Assembly (NCBI GenBank): GCA_010909165.1
Contig: VJWM01000297.1
Span: forward strand, 51,982 to 115,981
DNA from: Anthoceros angustus
Taxonomy: Eukaryota > Plantae > Anthocerotophyta
Direction: 5' to 3'
DNA: 64,000 nt
The first letter of the stretch is position 1; each line of letters begins with the position of its first letter. The notes beneath the pieces are model-generated. The model was not told the origin of the DNA. It was given only the letters and a program-made list of their open reading frames with translations, and did no database searches. A program made the translations under genes and the position numbers. Below are positions 48,541 through 61,240 of the stretch, piece by piece.

Positions 48541-48749
48541 TGTTAAAGGGATAAGGGTTAATTACAACCCTTATGGTAATCTGTAGTTATACAGGTCACG
48601 ATATATTAGAATCAATTATGAACAGACACTTTGATACTGTATTTAAACAATTTTGTCATTATGAAGTAAGTATGTCTTTTATCTCTAGCTATAAAATTTG
48701 TCCTCTCCCCTTCTACATCCTCCTCGATCCATGAAACCAAGCTCCAACA
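48541..48749 (+). repeat. Short copia-type 3' LTR
   Basis: PPT AAGAGGGAG (48532-48540) followed by TGTTAA...CCAACA, AT-rich, 209 bp. Confidence 0.6.
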
Positions 48750-49111
48750 CCATAAATTTTGAAGGGGGGGAATATACAAACCCCCTTCAAGGAAAAAATA
48801 ACCCCTTTGACGGAAAAGACACCATCCTCAAATTGTGGAAAACGGCTGGTTTGATCTGGACACCATCCATTGCATATCCATAGCGAAAACCAAAGCGAAG
48901 CCGGACATCCCCACACGAACCCCATGCACGGCGGCTACCCTACAAACAAAGCACAGTGTAACAACAAAATTTGAGAAAAGTCCATTGTTAAATTTAAAAG
49001 GGTTTGGAAACATCCGGAACATGTAGGTGTTCTCGTAGTAGCAAAACTAGCAAAACTAAACACCTACACCGCTAAGCGCATAGGGAGAATTTGCTAATCG
49101 CGTCTGATGTT

Positions 49112-52100
49112 TTATCGTGAGGGCTTGTATGTGAGTCCACCATTGCATCCACGGGCGAATCCTCTACAAGTGCCAAATTCGCATCGCTCCATCTCCACGT
49201 CAAAGCTATCATTCGCACCTAAAACTCTGGTCTTCATTGATATCATTTTGGTGTAAATCGTCGTTTGTGGATTGACACCATCTGACATCAATGTCTGTCC
49301 ATCCATCGTCCATAAGCTCCGGTTGTCGTCTTTAACCTCTTCGCACTCAATGCCACGACTTGGGCTTTCAAGGTCTTTCTCACTACAAACCTCTTTGGCC
49401 CAGGCGAGATGGTCCCCTTGATGCGGCTCAAAAGTCAGCTCCTCATGCATCGGGCAAGACATCAACCGCAGTGTATCGTGGGCAATGTAACTGCGCATCT
49501 CAAGTCCGCCTCTATTGCACGATTCGGCCACGGCGGCTAGTGTCGTAGTCCTGAGCATGCATCAATAACCCGGTCTCCCTCCTTGGAGAATGTCCTCACG
49601 AGTTTCATCATAAGACCCAATGGTCTGGTATGGGCACACTACCAACTTGTCATGAGAGTAAAACTGCTTTCGACGATGAGGGTGTCCAATAACGATCTTC
49701 CATTGTTGAAGGTCCTGCATCACATTTGGCATCATGGCAGCCTCCTTGAACATCCATCTTTCACACCCCATCCAAGCATAGCGTATTCCATCCTCAAATC
49801 CTCCTCGTCGTTGTTCATGTTAGTCTTATCCCAAATGAATGACACCAAGCCGCCTTTGGCACACCACTTCCATAGCCTCCCTTGCCGTATGGGCTTCTTC
49901 AACACCATGCATGGCGATAATTGAATCGTCATTTTCCGTTTTCTCGAAACTTTGAAACACAAGACCCATCATGGATAAATCCATTCGTTTGTCCATTGGC
50001 CCGATGTCAAATCCACGGGAACATCCATGACAAGAAGGGTGTATTTCCTTCCCTCAAAACCCACGCATGTCGAGCGTTGCGGGCTTCCACAATCTTGGAC
50101 TGTTTCTCGATCGGAACATTGAATATCCGGAGTCCTTCTTGCAAGTCCTTGTCCAAAGCCGCTGCTCATTCTCTAAGCCCTTCCAATTATTGATCTCGAA
50201 AATAAAATGCGGAGTCGTCGGGCGGCTTTGTCAAGACCTCCACGTCCTTGATTCTTGCCAAAAAACAACTGTTAGAATGCGGCCGGCTCAAGCACCTCAC
50301 AACTACTAAGCGGTGGGGCGCGGCGGCGGCTCCTCGGCGATCGCGGTGATCCGCCGCGCGGCGCCCTGCCCCGCGGTGGGGCAGCGGTGGGGGCGCCCGG
50401 CTCTCCGCGATGCGAGAAGGCGGCCGGGCGTGGCGCCCCTGCTACGGGGCGGGGTGGGGGCGGCCGGCGGTGGCCCTGCACTCGATGGCGGCGGCGGGGC
50501 GCCGGCGGCCGGCGGCCGGCGGCCGGCGAGCGGATGGACATGGCCGGCGGCTGAAGTGAACATGGAAAGAAGGTCCGTGCATCACATTTGGCATCATGGC
50601 GTACATCGTCCTTGAACATCCATCTTTCACACCCCATCCAAGCATAGCGTATTCCACGGTCTCAAATCCTCCTCATCGTTGTTCATGTTAGTCTTATCCC
50701 AAATGAATGACACCAAGCCGCCTTTGGCACACCACTTCCATAGCCTCCCTTACCGTATGGGCTTCTTCAACACCATGCATGGCGATAATTGAATCGTCAT
50801 TTTCCGTTTTCTCGAAACTTTGGAAACCTGACACCCCATCATGGATAAATCCATTCGTTTGTCCATTGGCCCGATGTCAAATCCACGGGAACATCCATGA
50901 CAAGAAGGGTGTATTTCCTTCCCTCAAAAACCACGCATGTCGAGCGTTGCGGGCTTCCGTCTTGGACTGTTTCTCGATCGGAACATTGAATATGGAGTCC
51001 TTCTTGCAAGTCCTTGTCCAAAGCCGCTGCTCATTCTCTAGGCCCTTCCAATTATTGATCTCGAAAATAAAATGCGGAGTCGTCGGGCGGCTTTGTCAAG
51101 ACCTCCACGTCCTTGATTCTTGCCAAAAAACAACTTTGTTAGAATGGCTCAAGCACCTCACAACTACTAAGCGGTGGGGCGCGGCGGCGGCTCCTCGGCG
51201 ATCGCGGTGATCCGCCGCGCGGCGCCCTGCCCCGCGGTGGGGCAGCGGTGGGGGCGCCCGGCTCTCCGCGATGCGAGAAGGCGGCCGGGCGTGGCGCCCC
51301 TGCTACGGGGCGGGGTGGGGGCGGCCGGCGGTGGCCCTGCACTCGATGGCGGCGGCGGGGCGCCGGCGGCCGGCGGCCGGCGGCCGGCGAGCGGATGGAC
51401 ATGGCCGGCGGCTGAAGTGAACATGGAAAGAAGGTGCAGGAAAATGGCTTACCTTTCCCGCAAATGCCGTTTGGAATCGCGAGCATTTCATCGATTGAGT
51501 CTTTGGGGATACTCTGCCGAACCTCTTCAAAAGAAGAGCAACCAAGGTGTTTTGCCATCGCCACTTGAATAATATGGAATTTCTTCGAAGAGATATATCG
51601 TCATCCATTCCTTTCGTGTCAATGAGACCGCCAACACTTTCTCTCAGAAGCGGTGATAAGTATCTGCCCACACTCCCCATTGGAATCCCTTGAAATGATT
51701 TCCAAGGCTTTGCAAGCATATCTTTTGGCTTCACATAGTCTATTTTGTTGGCCTCCTCGGCCACTTTCCGCTTCACCTTGCTCTTCTTGCTTGTCCCTGC
51801 TATCACATGCTTCTTCCGCCTGCAACTCCCCGCTTCCCACTTGGTAAATATCTTGTCTACATTTTCCCATACCCTACCCTCTTGTTTCGCGATGCATAAA
51901 ATGTGGGTCATGTTGTCAACCTTGTTCTGTTTATAAACATCATCTTCGCGTGCTTCATCATCCTCAATAAGCCCCAACACCTTGTACAGGTTGAATTTCC
52001 ATGTCATGGTCATCTGCATATCATCCCGTTTCGCAATAATCAATTCATCACGCAAATACCTCACCTGCTCTATAAAATTCATCTTCCGGCGCTTGTCGGA

Positions 52101-52550
52101 CATAATATTATGGTCTGTGGCGAGGACTCGCATCTCCTGTACGTTGAGACCACAGTACACATGAGCCTCCATCCGAAACCGCTTTTGCGGAGATGTCGCA
52201 AGATGCTTCATTGCCGCATAAGTGTGGTTTCCTCCAAGGACTCCATGACATATTTTTTGGCCCCGAATCGCCACTAGTTTTTCCATGTCATCACACCAGG
52301 ATCAATCATACATAATAAAGGCAAAACGCCTCTTCAATCCTCCCTTTTTGATATAACACGCCAAATAATTGGCCCATGCTTCATCCACCCTGCGTATCTG
52401 TGCATCAGGCGTAAGGTGCGATGCCGGTCGAAGGTTCTCCAATTTCACCAGCACTGTTTCCAATACTACCTTCTTCGTGATATGTCGCTTCCCGCGTGGG
52501 GTCTTCATCCGGATAGCTTCCGCAATCCTCTCCTCGGTCTGTTGTCACAT
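49112..52550 (-). pseudogene. ParB-domain + beta-class N4/N6 DNA methyltransferase fusion gene, frameshifted and internally duplicated
   Basis: ParB-like VKLENLRP..QIRRVDEAWANYLACYIKKGG...VLGGNHTYAAMKHL; MTase motif IV-like YTLLVMDVP (50017-50025, 50887-50895); reconstructed CPYQ(K)PLGLMMKLVRTFSKEGDRVIDACSG.TTTLAAVAESCNRGGLEM (49490-49640). Confidence 0.8.
49715..51433. repeat. ~860-bp tandem duplication inside the methyltransferase gene, each unit containing a ~270-bp very GC-rich segment
   Basis: 49715-50572 ~ 50573-51433; GC block 50305-50570 ~ 51165-51430. Confidence 0.9.
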
Positions 52551-53439
52551 GAACAAGGGGAATGTCACCCACATTTTCCACCCTCTGCAGTTTGTTCCCT
52601 TTCCTCTTTGCTTTTGCCTTAGGATGGTCCTCTCCGCTATTCCTCCGCCTCCGATCTCCTTCAAAAGCAGATCCCGCCTTCCTTTCCCTTAGTCCCTACG
52701 CTCTCCAGTCCCATGTTGTGTCAGGAGGGGCGCGGCCGGCGCCCTCGCCTCCCTCATGCGCCTGGAGCCTTGAGGCCCCCTCCTGGCTGAGGGCGGCCAC
52801 CGGCCCTAGTTCCTCCTCCACCTTCCAAGACCCTTCGCACGTCGGTCGCCGCCGGCCCCGACTAGCAGCTGATGAAAAGTGACCGGGCTTCCCACTTCCA
52901 CTAACCCTGAGGTTTCATAATCGCACACCGGACTTGGGTTCACATAGCTCCACCGTTTTCAGAACCCAAGTTCACCAACACCAATTCTCACGGACCCTCC
53001 AAATGTCCATATTTGGCCATTGGGCAATAAATTTCCGCCTGACCTTGGGCGCCATGCTCCTGCGAAACCTCATTCGCATGGCGCCAGGCTACCAATAGCT
53101 ATTCTCGAATTTCCAACTTAGTGGTCCCAGGGTTCCTACCTCCCGGACTCATGAGCTTCCACGCCACAGGCTCGCCTTTCTAGGCGCCTTTGGTGCCTTC
53201 CGAGATTTCTTAAGGTTATATCACAGAAATTCCCCTACCCGGCCCCGGCTTCCGCGACCACTTCCTCCTTCCGCGACTGCTTCTTCCTTCCGCAACCGCC
53301 CTTCCCGTTCGCCTACCGTCTTGAACAAAGCTACTAGTACACCCCAATGACCACACACTAATCAACTACCGCCCGGTAGGTTTGACCACTAGCCTATGGC
53401 CTTGATTACCGCCAAATATGAGGAACCCCTCCCCATATA

Positions 53440-53620
53440 TAGGCCCTCTATTAAATATTCCGATGCAAAGGCCAAGGAGTATCGAGTTCATAGTCCAAGG
53501 ACCGATTATTATTTAACCCGAACAACCCCAAAACTCATAGGCCAAGGACACTTTCTACTATAAATATTCCTTCATCGACAACCTCTTATTGACACGAACT
53601 TAGCAAAAACAAAAATCACT
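53440..53620. promoter_or_regulatory. Promoter-like segment homologous to 21130-21335, upstream of the ParB-MTase gene
   Basis: GTCCAAGGAC 53493-53502, GGCCAAGGA 53540-53548, TATAAAT 53559-53565, then AAAAACAAAAA leader. Confidence 0.55.
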
Positions 53621-53689
53621 CAAAGACACAATCCAACAGGAGTTTCCAAATACCGGATCGTTTACGGCGACAATCAGCGGTAACCACCA

Positions 53690-56600
53690 AGTCCTCCTCT
53701 CCTTCCTCTCTTGACCCCGGTGGGTCCACCTCTGTGGGACCACCGGGGGTTGCTCACTGGCGGTGGTGGGGACCCCTCCTCCCGAGCCGGACCTTGGGGT
53801 CCGCCGCTCCAGTCAAACCTCAAGATCCGGTCTTGACTCTAGAGTCCGGACCTCGGGGTCCGGCCTCGTCTCCGGAGTCCGGACTTCAGGGTCCGGTCTC
53901 GTTTCCGGAGTCCGGACTTCAGGGTCCGGTCTCGTTTCCGGAGTCCGGACTTCAGGGTCCGGTCTTGTTTCCGGAGTCCGGACTTCAGGGTCCGGACTCG
54001 CGGGTTCTCGGACTTCTCTGCCTCGAGAACTTCCCAGGGGACCGTCCTCATCCTCCGGAACTTTCCTTCTAGGACCCCGGCCCTCCTCCCTTCCTTCCAC
54101 GGTGGGTGCGGCGGACTTAACTCATGCCCCGTGGTGTCGCAGGTGTCCTCCTCTGGCGCTCCCCTCCCGTTCTGCTCTCAGCGGTCCCAAGGTCTCGGTG
54201 GCGTCATCCCGGGGCCTTCATCTCTTCCCCTCCCTCGATCCATCCGGGTCCGTGAACTTGCGGGGTGGCTCGGGACCTCCAGGGCCTTGAGGAGCTCCGT
54301 GGTAGTAGGCAAAGTCGAATCAACTTGTTGAATTGCCTCCTCCACATGAGCCCGAGCACCAGTCTCCTCCTCCAGAGGTGCTATGGTAGTTGGGTGTGCT
54401 GGCCGGCTGCTGGTTCCATCTCCGCCGCAAGGCCGCCAACTAGAGTCGGGTGGAGTCTCTTGAGGCCGCCAAGTACGCTCCGACACTTCCTGCAGCCTCC
54501 GTGCCGCCCGTGCTCCTCCTCCTCCGCCGTCTGTAGTTCGCCGCCACCGCCATGGAGCGACGCTCCTTTGCTTCTCTCAGAATTGACCAGCAGCCTCAGC
54601 CTCTCTCGAGCCCTGTCTCCACCATCCATCCTTGCGAGGGCCACCATCTCCTTCCAGCGGTCCAAGCACCTCCGCCCGGCCCCGGCTTCCTCCTGATCCT
54701 TCTCCAACTCGGCGATGTCCATCTCCTTGGTTCGCGTCAACTCTCCTCCCCTCCAACAGAGGAGTCGCTCGATCTCTTGCTCGTGGTCCATGATTCTCCT
54801 TGGAGAATTCCATGTCGTCCACTGTCCGGAGCCGCAGCCTCTAGGGTCTCCTGCGATCCTCCAGCCTCCCGGCGCCGCCTCGCCTTGCACCCAGGTCGAG
54901 ATCCTCCATCTCCGGTACCGCCTCCTTTCTTCTTCATGGCTTGCTGCTTGCTTCTGCCACCGCTTCCGCTCGTTGGCTGGCTGCGGCTAGGGTCTCCTTG
55001 CGATCCTCCGGCTCCCGGCGCGCTCCTGCTCCTTGCAGTGCGGAGATCCTCCATCTCTGGTGCGGCCTCCCTTTCTTCTTCATGGCTTGCCGTGCTTGCC
55101 GCCACACCCTTTCGCCCCGGGTTGGCGCGGCTACTCCGCCGTCTCCCTCCACGGTTCGGTCCCACCGTAATGGTCTTTGTCCGACTTCGCTGGCCTGGCC
55201 TCAAGGCCCCTTCACCTGAGCCTCCCATGCTTGGTGTTGCTCAGCCATCTCGGCCGGGTCCTTAGCCCTTTCCGCCCGGCTTCCTCCGCCTCCTTCCGGC
55301 CGCCCTCCGCTTGCAAAGGTCCTCCGCCTTGCTCGTGGTCCATGATTCTCCTTGGAGAATTCCATGTCGTTCCACCGTGTCACGGAGCTGCGGCTCTAGG
55401 GTCTCCTGCGATCCTCCGGCTCCTGGCGCGCTCCTCTGCTCCTTGCAGTGGGAGATCCTCCATCTCACAGTGCGGCCTCCCTTTCTTCTTCATGGCTTGC
55501 CGTGCCGCCACGCACCGCTGCTCGCCCCGGGTTGGGCGGCTACTCCCGTCCCTCCACGGTTCGGTCCCACCGTAATGGTCTTTGTCCAGGCTCCGCGCGG
55601 CCTCGGCTTCCCGCGCCCCATGCAGGGCCTCCCATGCTTGGTGTTGCTCAGCCATCTCGGCCGGGTCCTTAGCCCTTTCACTTTGCCTTGGGCTTCCTCC
55701 GCCTCCTTGGGGCCGCTTTCCTCCGTTTGCAAAGGTCCTCCGCCTTTGCTCGTGCCTCTGTGCTTGTTTCACTGCTCACATATCAAGGATCCTCGGCCCC
55801 CTTGTTGGCGCGACTCGCCTCCCACCGCGCCTCCTCCACATGAGCCCGAGCACCAGTCTCCTCCTCCAGAGGTGCTATGGTAGTTGGGTGTGCTGGCCGG
55901 CTGCTGGTTCCATCTCCGTCGCAAGGCCCGCCAACTAGAGTCGGGTGGAGTCTCTTGAGGCCGCCAAGGCTGCCTTCGACACTTCCTGCAGCCTCTGGTG
56001 CTGCTCCGCGTGCTCCTCCTCCCGCCCGTCGGCGTGGTTCGGCCTCGCCATGGAGCGGCGTTCTTTTCCGTTGGACCAGGCACGCTCCTCTCTCAGAGCC
56101 CTGTCTCCACCATCCATCCTTGCGATCCTCCATCTCCTTCCAGCGGTCCGGCTCATGCCCGGCTTCCTCAGGATCCTTCTCCAACTCGGCGATGTCCATC
56201 TCCTTGGTTCGCGTCAACTCTCCTCCCCCCTCCAACAGAGCTGGAGTCGCTCGATCTCTTGCTCGTGGTCCATGATTCTCCCTTGGAGAATTCCATGTCG
56301 TTCCACCGTGTCCTGGAGCTGCAGCTCTAGGGTCTCCTTGCGATCCTCCAGCTCCTGGCGCCGCTCCTCTGCTCCTTGCAACTGTGCCCAGAGATCCTCC
56401 ATCTCCTGGGTACTGGCCTCCCTTTCTTCTTCATGGCTTGCCCGTGCTTGCCGCCACCCTTTGCTCGCCCCGGGTTGGCGCGGCTACTCCGCCGTCTCCC
56501 TCCACGGTTCGGTCCCACCGGTAATGGTCTGTCCGACAGCGGCCTCGGCTTCCGCCCCTTCACCGAGCCTCCCATGCTTGGTGTTGCTCACCGAGCCATC

Positions 56601-57750
56601 TCGGCCGGGTCCTTAGCCCTTTCACACCGCCGGGCTTCCTCCGCCTCCTTGGGGCCGCTTTCCTCCGCTTGCAAAGGTCCTCCGCCTTTGCTCGTGCCTC
56701 TGTGCTTGTTTATTTGTTCACATGGCTGATCTACCCGGTCTTGTTAGGCGACCTCGCCTCCCGACTCCGCCGCCTGCTTCTCCTCCTCAATTCTTGCGAG
56801 GGTCTCCGCCTTCCTCTTGGCCGCAGGCCGCCTCCACTGACCACAGGCTCCACCATCCGCCTTCCGGGTGGCTTCCACCTCGGGTCTTCCGCTCGCCATT
56901 CCGCAAAGACCCTGAGCACGCCGTCCATAATATCTCGCGAGTACCCTCCGGTTTCTTCCACCGCGTCACTGGAGAAATCTCAGTCCGGGCCATGCCTGCA
57001 CCGCCCGCTAAGGACCGCCACATCATATCCCGGGAGTGACGCCATCCTGACTCGGACCCAATCGAGACCCTCGAGGTCTTGATTGTTCCGGGTCCCGAGT
57101 TCCACCTCCTTGGCCCTTTTGGTCGCTAGCTCGGCCTTGTGCACAGTCGCCATGACCCTCCTGCGGTTGCGACGATCGCTTGTGTGATTTCCGCACACAC
57201 GCCCTGAATGCATTCATTCACGTAACCGCACAATGAACAATGCTCATCTTAGAGGCAAGACAGTGTGCATAAGCAGTGGAAGCGGAATTGGATAAGGTTT
57301 ATATTGCTCCCGCCCATTCCTCAAAACAATTTGCAAAGCCCGGGTTCGCATTTCTTGATCACAAGATTGTTGAACCCCGATCTCGAACGCCTGTACATGG
57401 ACCCGTGGCACCGATCAAATTTTGGGGCCTTGTAATGCACAAGAAGCGTACTCACGGGATCCCCATTGACATGTCCAATGTTGCCCACCACTAGCCACCC
57501 GCCTTTGCATTGATTTGGCAGTGTATCCTTGTAACCCATAATCCACAGCTTGTACAACGGAGTCCAAAACATGCTCTCGTCTTCTGGTTCCGGATCCTGA
57601 ACAACCATCCAATCCTTCTCCAAGATCTTCACTGCATCCATCTGTGCTCCAAGGCGTCGAATGTAAACTGTCTCCTTGAAGCTGTATGGCAAAGGAATAG
57701 GAGCCACCCTCTTCCCACCCTTCTCCCCCTTCTCTCCATGGCCTCCTGAT
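53690..57750 (-). mobile_element. Family A accessory ORF region with 4-5 scrambled copies of the coiled-coil segment; Cys-rich and unknown domains at the 5' end
   Basis: Repeated GAEERRQELEDRKETLELQLQDTVERHGILQG, TKEMDIAELEKDQEE, AMKKKG frames; ARAHVEEAIQQVDS at 54.3 kb. Confidence 0.65.
53780..54000 (-). repeat. 33-bp hairpin array (PDPEVRTPETR)
   Basis: Unit GAGTCCGGACTTCAGGGTCCGGTCTCGTTTCCG, ~5 copies. Confidence 0.92.
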
Positions 57751-59679
57751 TTTGTTGTAGCCTCACGAGCCCAAGCCTTGACCGAGTGCCCCGCTGCAGA
57801 AGCCGCCCCGCCCGCACTCCGTCGCTAGCATGTCCTCCCGTGACAAAGGTCTTCTCGCGAAATCGCCGCGATGCGCCCTGCCAACTGCTGCGCTAGCTGG
57901 CGCTTTCAGAGACAGTTCGGGATCCGGATTCGCCGTCGCTCGATCCTTCTTGCTTCTTCCCATCGCCATCACCTTCAATTCAGCACAAACCACCCTGTAT
58001 GGGCCTTCCTTGTATGCACCGCGAGCCGCGAATTCCACAACAACAAGGCGTCAATTGATGCACAACATTACAAACACGAAGTGAGATAACCACGAGCACC
58101 GGCCGGTCCGTCCCCGCCAATTTCACTGGCGTCGTTGATGCAATCAAGGGGTTAGAGATACGCTCGTGACTCACATGTCTCGCCCGAGAAGACCGACACT
58201 TCCCTCGCACAAAGCCGCCAATTGCTCGCCGCTTGTGTGAGGGGTCGTCAGGCCCACTCCGGTTTTGTTTGCCCCTCAAACTTGCTATTTGAAGCGCCCG
58301 ACCGTAACTCGTTCATCTTTCCACTGCTTAATCGCTTTAATTTAGGTTTCTCGTTACTCCAACTAGCCGATGGTTCGAACCTCTGGCATTATTAACGCCC
58401 GCCATCTTGTACATACAAATTTTAACGGTACCGCTTTTTCCCATTGCGGTTGGGTTTATTTTAATTACTAAACATAAAGACTTTCCTGCTTGCACCTCCA
58501 AGCATTAGAACTTAACGACGTTCTTGAAGAATGGTTTATATGGTTGGTGATCATAACTATCAAACGGCCTCCTGTGAAGGCTTAGACATTCCAGCGTATG
58601 TCGTTCGAATGAACCTTGCCTTCTTCATTTCCTCCACTATCGTCCAACCTCAAGACGCCCAACAAAATGCTTCACGCCACTCATCTGTGTAGAGGGCTGC
58701 CGATGTAAGCCACAGTTTTGTACAATCGAACGCCGCTGCCCTGGATGCGCGTTGCGAGGTTCGGTATACTCATTCATGCTTTGATTGTGCAGTGGTTTAC
58801 TTGGATGGTGAGGGTCAATCCAATATGAAAGACAACTTCCAAAAGCACCCGGATTTGAGGAGAAGCGGACTCTGAATGCCCACCGGCCGTCCGATGTCAC
58901 CACAAGACATCACCAGCTCTCCACGCGCCACTACGGGTCGCGAAGGTGTGCTTAATCACTGGATTCTAATGGAGGCCGACTTTGTGAATTTTATCCTCGA
59001 TCAGTCGGAGCCTTTGCCATACCAATGCTCCAAGCATCGGAGGTGGTCGACACGGCCTTGGCCCCTACCATTCCAGGTGCCATGGACACCAAGAAATCTT
59101 AACCCAGAGTGCTCGAGGATCCCCATGCAAACAACGGTGTGAGCAAGCAACACCGCTAGAAACCAAGGCACTCCCAAGTTTGGGCTCAATGCGTGGAGGC
59201 GGTTGTTCATCGCAGCGGGAGTCGCCACGCACCATCAAAGCGAAGACGTGAATAAATCGAATGAGGAGGAGACGATTTCGAGGCTTGAGGTCGACAACCG
59301 CCATCTTATCACCCCAAACCGCCGAGTGAGACTTTGGTGTCTGCAGAAACTACGAGTGTCTGGTGCCGTAAGAGGCTGCGGGAGTCTTAATTGGCCTAAA
59401 GCCATGGCAATATCCCGAGCCTGAGAGGTCACCGGGATTACCCAATCGATTCCCAGGCGTAATAGATATAGAGTCCTAGATAGGCTAACACTAGCCAACC
59501 AATTACATGTGCGTGGAATGGAGCCACGTGCACGGACTCAACAACAAAGATCAAGAGTTGTAAAGGAACATTCAACAATTGTTGAATTATTACAGGAGCT
59601 TGATCTTACATTCACGCTTTCCAAGACAGAACAATCAAGCGCGCCCCGGTACAATCCACTGATGGAAATGACCACCCAC

Positions 59680-60300
59680 GCTTCCGTGGGAGGGAAAACC
59701 CCGGCTTCCAGGCTTCCCCTCAGCGCCCACACTTATCCCTGTGGATTCTGGGTTTCGTCCATGAGACTTGTGTGAAAGATCGTCTTGAAACAATCACCTG
59801 GGTGACACACCTACCTCCGCCTTCTAAACAATCAAGGCGCCTACTCTCTCCATGCTAGCTTGCACCACTGCATTTGCTCCGAAAATCACCAATCCTCGAC
59901 TTACAACGACACAATTTGGTGCAGTCTATCCTTTAGCGGAAAGTCTATCGCGAGCAGAGAGCCTCAGCCCTACGTTCGTCCCTACTACTAGAACCAATCT
60001 CCTCCACTGTGGCGCCCTCTTGCAAATTTGGATTGCGTCCTTTAGGCGAGGCGCACGCCCAGTTCACTTCCACCCACTACCTATAATCCTCACCCTATCT
60101 CTTCCTCTTCCTCCTATTCTAACCTCGGTTCCCACGGGCTTCGCGCAAAAACCGCTGGCCTGGGTCGCCACACCAAAGGATTCTTCCTTGGGCCGGTTCG
60201 CTATGAGTTTGACACCACGGATAGCGAGAACCTCCGGTCTTTCTGTAGTCTACCCTCTGCCGAGAGTTCCCCAGGCATTGCCCACACACCCAAAGCAAAG
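59680..60300. repeat. LTR-like family B copy (partial)
   Basis: Colinear with 27728-28330. Confidence 0.65.
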
Positions 60301-60339
60301 CAATTTCACGGAACCATTCACAAGGGGAGCAACTGGGTG

Positions 60340-61240
60340 GCGCTTGGAACAAGCCCTCTATCGACGGTAGCCGGCCCGATCGTATGCTGTTGTAGTAAAG
60401 GGGTCCGCTCCCAAAGAATGTTGATGGGCTTGTCATGCGTTTCAATCGTTTCGGACGTTTAGCTCAAACACCCTACGTTTATCATTTACGCTACCGTGAT
60501 GTCCACGAGCAGGCTCGGTGAGGCCAGGACTCGTTCACGTCCAGTATCATTTCCGATCCGTTCCCATTGCTTCCTGTCAGTCCCCTCTTACCACTCGCTA
60601 CACTCATCTAAAATCACTCACGCCAAAATCTCCACCTCTCACAACACTCAGCGTTCTTTGGAAAAAATGGGCTCATGGTCGGGACCTCCTCCGTCGTCCA
60701 CTGCCTCCCGTTCGCTCTACCCGCCTCCCCGAGTTCCTCCGGCTCACCGGTCCAGTCCACCCGGCGTCACGGTTGTCTACGAGCAGGCAAGGGTCCCTAT
60801 AGATCACACACACACCACCACACGTTAGGGTCCGTCACGTGACACGGATCGATCTCTCCGGGCTGCCATTCGTGCGATGACTCAGACTCCGCGTTAGCAA
60901 GAAGCGCAAAAGGTACGCAAGGAAGCAGCATCAACACCAAGAGAAAGATACTTTACTAGGCACCGGCCCTCTTATACTACGCCCAAGGTCGGCGTCTTTA
61001 TTACACTCCTATTCGGTGGTGGCCTCGATTGGGCCTGGCAGCCTACTATCTTCCTTCCATTCCTTCTCTGTCTGCGGTGATGAAAGGGTTGCTCGGTTCC
61101 ACCTCGTCATTGCTGACCCAAGCCCTAGCTACTGACGACTTGGCGCAATCGGATGATCCGCGAGGGCCCCTACCCCCAGGACTGTCAGCCTGAGCTACGG
61201 CGACACGCGGCCACCACCAAGTCCTCCTCCCCCTCCTCTC
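60340..61240 (-). repeat. LTR-like family A copy
   Basis: Colinear with 12870-13800 and 22840-23830. Confidence 0.65.

Noticed and set aside
53734-56729. Numerous plus-strand ORFs over family A repeats
   Set aside because: Antisense to the coiled-coil frames; openness reflects purine bias and GC content.
58365-58390. Pol III box B-like GGTTCGAACC
   Set aside because: No cloverleaf or properly spaced box A visible.
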